A stretch of 41,007 nt of DNA from Verrucomicrobia bacterium UBA1211 (GTDB lineage Bacteria > Verrucomicrobiota > Kiritimatiellia > RFP12 > UBA1067). Each line of letters begins with the position of its first letter. The stretch's first letter is position 1. Below the pieces are notes generated by a model. The model searched no databases and had not been told where the DNA came from. It saw only the letters and a program-made list of their open reading frames with translations. Both the position numbers and the translations under genes were made by a program. Shown here piece by piece: positions 37,030 through 41,007 of the stretch. The DNA is taken from positions 312 to 41,318 of the forward strand of contig DBXN01000085.1 in assembly GCA_002309585.1 (NCBI GenBank). The letters are read 5' to 3'.

Positions 37030-40000
37030 ATGAAACGCACAGACATCAAGAAGATTCTGATTATCGGCGCGGGCCCGATCGTCATCGGGCAGGGATGTGA
37101 GTTCGACTACTCCGGCGTGCAGGCGGTGAAAGCGCTCAAGCGGGAGGGCTTTGAGGTCGTTCTCGTGAATTCGAACCCGGCAACGGTGATGACCGATCCG
37201 GAACGCGCCGACCACACCTACATCGAACCCCTGACGGTTGATGTGCTCCATGAGGTGATCCGCCGGGAACGGCCAGACGCCATCCTGCCGACGCTGGGCG
37301 GGCAGACGGCGTTGAATCTGGCGATGGAGCTGGAGAAATCCGGCGTGCTGCGCCGCTACCGCGTGGAGCTGATCGGCGCGGATGCCGAGGCGATCAGCCG
37401 CGCAGAGGACCGGCAGCGTTTCAAGGAGGCGATGCGGGAATTGGGGCTTGATATGCCGCGTTCGGGCAGCGCCCATTCGATGGAGGAGGCCGAGGCGGTC
37501 GCGCGGACCATCGGGACCTGGCCGTTGATCGTCCGTCCGGGGTTCACCCTCGGCGGGACAGGCGGCGGTATCGCGCATGACGCGGCGGAATTCCGGCGGA
37601 TCGTCACGGGCGGCCTGGAGGCGTCGCTGAACCGTGAGGTCCTGATTGAGGAATCGCTGATCGGCTGGAAAGAGTATGAGATGGAGGTCATGCGCGACCG
37701 GGCGGGAAACGCGGTGATCGTCTGTTCCATCGAGAACATCGACCCGATGGGTGTCCATACGGGCGACTCCATCACCGTCGCGCCGATCCTGACGCTGACG
37801 GACCGGGAATACCAGGCGATGCGGGACGACTCGATCCGCGTGCTGGAAAAGATCGGGATCGAGACCGGCGGTTCCAATGTGCAGTGGGCGGTCGATCCGA
37901 AAACCGGACGCCGCATCATCATTGAGATGAATCCCCGCGTCTCGCGCTCATCGGCGTTGGCGTCAAAGGCGACCGGTTTCCCGATCGCGAAGATCGCCGC
38001 GCTTCTGGCGGTGGGCTACACGCTGGACGAGATCGCGAACGACATCACCCGCTGCACCCCCTCCTGCTTCGAGCCGGCGTTGGATTACGTGGTGGTCAAG
38101 ATCCCACGTTTCGCGTTCGAGAAGTTCCCCGGAGCCGACACGCGGCTCGGCACACAGATGAAGGCCGTGGGCGAGGTGATGGCGATCGGGCGGACCTTCA
38201 AGCAAGCCTACCTGAAGGCGGCGCGTTCGCTGGAGGCGCCGTTGCGCTATCATGACGAAAGCGCGTATGACCCATGGTTCAAACGGGAACTGGAGGAGAT
38301 CGCCGCGTTCAGGGCGTTTCTGGCCGAAACGGGCGCGGCCGCGCTGGAGGCGGATTTGCTGCGGCAGGCGAAGACGATGGGGTTCAGCGACCGGGAGATC
38401 GCCGAAGCGATCGGCTGCGACGAAGCCACTGTGCGAAGCAAACGGCTTGCGTTCGGCATCCGCCCCGAGTTCGGCGCGGTAGACACCTGCGCGGGGGAGT
38501 TCAAGGCGATCACCCCCTACTACTATTCGTATTACGCGATGGATGCCGATGGCGATCAGGAAGCGTCAACGGCCATCAATCCCAAGCGGAAGATCATGGT
38601 CCTCGGCGGCGGCCCTAACCGGATCGGGCAGGGTATCGAGTTTGACTGGTGCTGCTGCCATGCGGCATTCGCCTTGCGTGAACGCGGCTATGAGGTCGTG
38701 ATGGTCAACTCCAACCCCGAAACGGTTTCGACCGATTATGACACCTCGGATCGGCTCTATTTCGAACCGCTCACCTTTGAGGATGTGATGGCGGTCTACG
38801 AGCGGGAGGCATGCGACGGCGTGATCGTCCAGTACGGCGGGCAAACCCCGCTGAACCTCGCGGCGCGGCTCAAGGCCGCCGGGGCGCGGGTGATCGGGAC
38901 CGCGTCGGAAGACATCGACCGGGCGGAGGACCGCGACTTCTTCCGGGCGCTGGTGAACGAGGTCGGAATGCGGCAGCCGGCGAGCGGAATCGCGCACTCG
39001 GTGGAGGACGCACGTCAGATCGCCTTGACGATCGGTTACCCGGTTTTGGTGCGGCCGAGTTTTGTCTTGGGCGGACGCGGCATGGCGATCGTCTATGCCG
39101 AAAGCGAACTGGACGCCTATGTCGCGGAGGCGGTCGCTGCGGCGGAAGGCAAACCGATCCTGATCGACAAGTTTCTGGAGAACGCCATCGAACTGGATGT
39201 CGATTGCATCTCGGACGGCGAGACGACGGTGGTCGGGGCCGTGCTGGAACACGTCGAGGCGGCGGGCTGCCACTCGGGTGACGCGGCGGCGGTGACCCCT
39301 CCCCGAAACCTCACCCCAAAAACGCTGGCGGAGGTCAAGCGTTACGCGGAGATCTTCGCCCAGCGGCTTCATGTCATTGGGCTGATGAATCTGCAACTGG
39401 CCGTGAAGGATGACGAGATCTGGATGATCGAGGTCAACCCCCGCGCCTCCCGTACCGTCCCCTTCGTCTCCAAGGCGATCGGGGTTCCGCTGGCGGGATA
39501 CGCCGCCCGCTGCATGGTGGGCGAAAAGCTCTCGGAGATCGGCTTCACACAGGAAATCATGCCCCGCTACACCTGCGTCAAGGAGGCGGTCTTCCCCTTC
39601 GTGAAATTCCCCGGCGCGCGGATCACCCTTTCACCGGAGATGAAATCGACCGGCGAGGTGATGGCGATCGATTTCGACCCCGAAGCCGCCTACTTCAAGA
39701 GCCAGGTGGCGGCGGGAAGCCCGCTTCCGAAGCGGGGGAACCTTTTCCTCTCCGTCCGGGATGAGGACAAGGCCCGCGCGGCGGAACTCGCGGCGGAACT
39801 GGAACGGCTCGGCTACGGCATCTACGCCACATGCGGTACCTCAACCCTCCTGTGGGAACGGGGCATCCCCTCAAAGGCGATCTTCCGGATTTCGCGCGGC
39901 CGCCCCAACGCGGTGGATCTCATCCGGGCGGGCGAAATCGGGTGGGTCGTGAACACCTCCGAATCGGGCGGCGAGGCGTCGGGCGACAGCATCCGCCTCC

Positions 40001-40149
40001 GTTCGACGGCGGTCGCGGCGGGAGTGCCGGTCACCACCACGCTGGCGGGTTTTGAGGCCGCCGTCTCCGGTCTGGTCGAAAACGGCGCCAGCGGCGGCGA
40101 ACTGGCCGTCTACACGTTGCAGGAGTACCACGGCCGTACTCGGAAATAA
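37030..40149 (+). CDS. carB: Carbamoyl-phosphate synthase large subunit
   Basis: [65 protein letters not shown]-terminal MGS domain. Confidence 0.98.
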   Translation: MKRTDIKKILIIGAGPIVIGQGCEFDYSGVQAVKALKREGFEVVLVNSNPATVMTDPERADHTYIEPLTVDVLHEVIRRERPDAILPTLGGQTALNLAMELEKSGVLRRYRVELIGADAEAISRAEDRQRFKEAMRELGLDMPRSGSAHSMEEAEAVARTIGTWPLIVRPGFTLGGTGGGIAHDAAEFRRIVTGGLEASLNREVLIEESLIGWKEYEMEVMRDRAGNAVIVCSIENIDPMGVHTGDSITVAPILTLTDREYQAMRDDSIRVLEKIGIETGGSNVQWAVDPKTGRRIIIEMNPRVSRSSALASKATGFPIAKIAALLAVGYTLDEIANDITRCTPSCFEPALDYVVVKIPRFAFEKFPGADTRLGTQMKAVGEVMAIGRTFKQAYLKAARSLEAPLRYHDESAYDPWFKRELEEIAAFRAFLAETGAAALEADLLRQAKTMGFSDREIAEAIGCDEATVRSKRLAFGIRPEFGAVDTCAGEFKAITPYYYSYYAMDADGDQEASTAINPKRKIMVLGGGPNRIGQGIEFDWCCCHAAFALRERGYEVVMVNSNPETVSTDYDTSDRLYFEPLTFEDVMAVYEREACDGVIVQYGGQTPLNLAARLKAAGARVIGTASEDIDRAEDRDFFRALVNEVGMRQPASGIAHSVEDARQIALTIGYPVLVRPSFVLGGRGMAIVYAESELDAYVAEAVAAAEGKPILIDKFLENAIELDVDCISDGETTVVGAVLEHVEAAGCHSGDAAAVTPPRNLTPKTLAEVKRYAEIFAQRLHVIGLMNLQLAVKDDEIWMIEVNPRASRTVPFVSKAIGVPLAGYAARCMVGEKLSEIGFTQEIMPRYTCVKEAVFPFVKFPGARITLSPEMKSTGEVMAIDFDPEAAYFKSQVAAGSPLPKRGNLFLSVRDEDKARAAELAAELERLGYGIYATCGTSTLLWERGIPSKAIFRISRGRPNAVDLIRAGEIGWVVNTSESGGEASGDSIRLRSTAVAAGVPVTTTLAGFEAAVSGLVENGASGGELAVYTLQEYHGRTRK

Positions 40150-40152
40150 AGC

Positions 40153-40231
40153 CGCTATTCCCGCGCTCACGTATGTAAAGGTTTGGGTTGCGGGGCCGTC
40201 ATGCCCCGCCGCTCGCTATTCCCGCGTTCAC
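40153..40231. repeat. Pair of 18-bp direct repeats flanking a GC hairpin
   Basis: CGCTATTCCCGCGCTCAC (40153-40170) and CGCTATTCCCGCGTTCAC (40214-40231); GCGGGGC/GCCCCGC stem at 40190-40209. Confidence 0.75.
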
Positions 40232-40278
40232 ACAGACGGGTGGCTAATCACGCGAACCATGACGGAGGTGTTCTGCCG

Positions 40279-40308
40279 TTGACGGGGTAAGGCGAGGTTT
40301 GGTATAGT
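40279..40308 (+). promoter_or_regulatory. sigma70 promoter for the TPP riboswitch-thi4 transcript
   Basis: TTGACG-18 nt-TATAGT with an extended TGn. Confidence 0.7.
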
Positions 40309-40315
40309 TCACTCA

Positions 40316-40402
40316 CTTTCGATCGGGGTACTGGACGCAGGGTGCGTTCCGGTTGAGAAAAACCCGTAGAACCTGAACCGGGTAATGCCGGCGTAGGAAA
40401 GG
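40316..40402 (+). ncRNA. TPP (THI-box) riboswitch
   Basis: GGGGT...TGAGA...ACCCGT..AACCTGA..CGGGTAATGCCGGCGTAGGAA core; CTTTC/GAAAG closing stem; precedes a thiamine gene. Confidence 0.93.
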
Positions 40403-40408
40403 ACGAAA

Positions 40409-41007
40409 ATGAGTAACGCGGAATCCGCAGTCATGGAAGAGGTCATCTCCGGAGCGATTGTCCGGAGGTTTTTCAGAAAATTAGAGGATCATCTCGCGGT
40501 CGATGTGGCGATCGTCGGGGCGGGGCCGAGCGGGCTCGTCGCGGCGCACGATCTCGCCAAGGCGGGCTTCAAGGTGGCGATGTATGAATCGAAACTCGCG
40601 CCCGGCGGCGGAACCTGGGGCGGCGGGATGCTGATGAACGAGGTGACCGTCCAGAACGACGCGGCTGAGATTTTGCGGGAATTCGGCATCACCACGGTGC
40701 CCTATGACGCGGACTACCACACGGTGGATTCGGTAGAGATGGCCTCCGGCCTCATTTTCGGGGCGCGGAAGGCGGGCGCGGTCATTTTCAACACGGTTAA
40801 GGTTGAGGATATCGTGATGCATGACGGCGTGGTCTCCGGCGTGGTGATCAACTGGAACCCCGTGGCGCGGCTGGAGATGCATGTCGATCCGCTGGTGGTG
40901 ACGTCCCGCGCATTGATCGATGGGACCGGCCACCCCAGCGAGATCATCAACAAGGCGGTTAACAAGGCCGGCGTCTCGATCGACTCCCCCACCGGCGGCA
41001 TCCTCGG
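40409..41007 (+). CDS. thi4: Thi4-type thiazole synthase, runs off the window end
   Basis: Not in the ORF track because there is no stop. Manual translation: [43 protein letters not shown]...[12 protein letters not shown]...[19 protein letters not shown]...IDGTGH. Confidence 0.92.
   Translation, partial: MSNAESAVMEEVISGAIVRRFFRKLEDHLAVDVAIVGAGPSGLVAAHDLAKAGFKVAMYESKLAPGGGTWGGGMLMNEVTVQNDAAEILREFGITTVPYDADYHTVDSVEMASGLIFGARKAGAVIFNTVKVEDIVMHDGVVSGVVINWNPVARLEMHVDPLVVTSRALIDGTGHPSEIINKAVNKAGVSIDSPTGGIL

Noticed and set aside
40153-40231. Possible mini-CRISPR (61-bp period, TTCCCGCG core)
   Set aside because: Only two 18-bp copies, the repeat is not palindromic, the spacer is itself a hairpin, and there are no cas genes.
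1-41007. Mobile elements, prophage, defence systems, tRNA or rRNA
   Set aside because: No transposase, integrase, phage, nuclease or structural RNA signatures were recognised.

Overview
Two-part window. Bases 1 to ~3100 look like Bacteroidota (Bacteroidales): four TAnnTTTG promoters, a DUF4468-like gene, rluA, purU, and grpE-dnaJ without dnaK. grpE carries one in-frame TAA. From the 5' end of dnaJ onward the DNA is more GC-rich, uses ordinary sigma70 promoters and Shine-Dalgarno sites, and has gene content suggesting a PVC-group organism (Kiritimatiellota/Lentisphaerota-like; inference). The window is therefore probably chimeric, joined inside dnaJ. The second part holds rsmE, DUF1015, maf, an exopolysaccharide export operon (short OPX/Wza, unknown secreted protein, OM beta-barrel, Wzy/WaaL-like, Wzc, rmlB, rmlA, 20-aa repeat protein), NUDIX, mrp/apbC, a large secreted glycoside-hydrolase-like protein, uvrA, an HzsA-related dihaem protein, carB and a TPP riboswitch-thi4. 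The best novelty candidate is an intact 706-aa LigA paralogue that has lost its catalytic motifs (KxDG to AFEG) but keeps the OB, Zn-finger, HhH and BRCT domains and ends in a beta-clamp-like motif (QDELF). Other candidates are a Wzc with Tyr clusters at both termini and the uncharacterised members of the EPS operon. All family calls come from motif recognition by eye; no searches were run.
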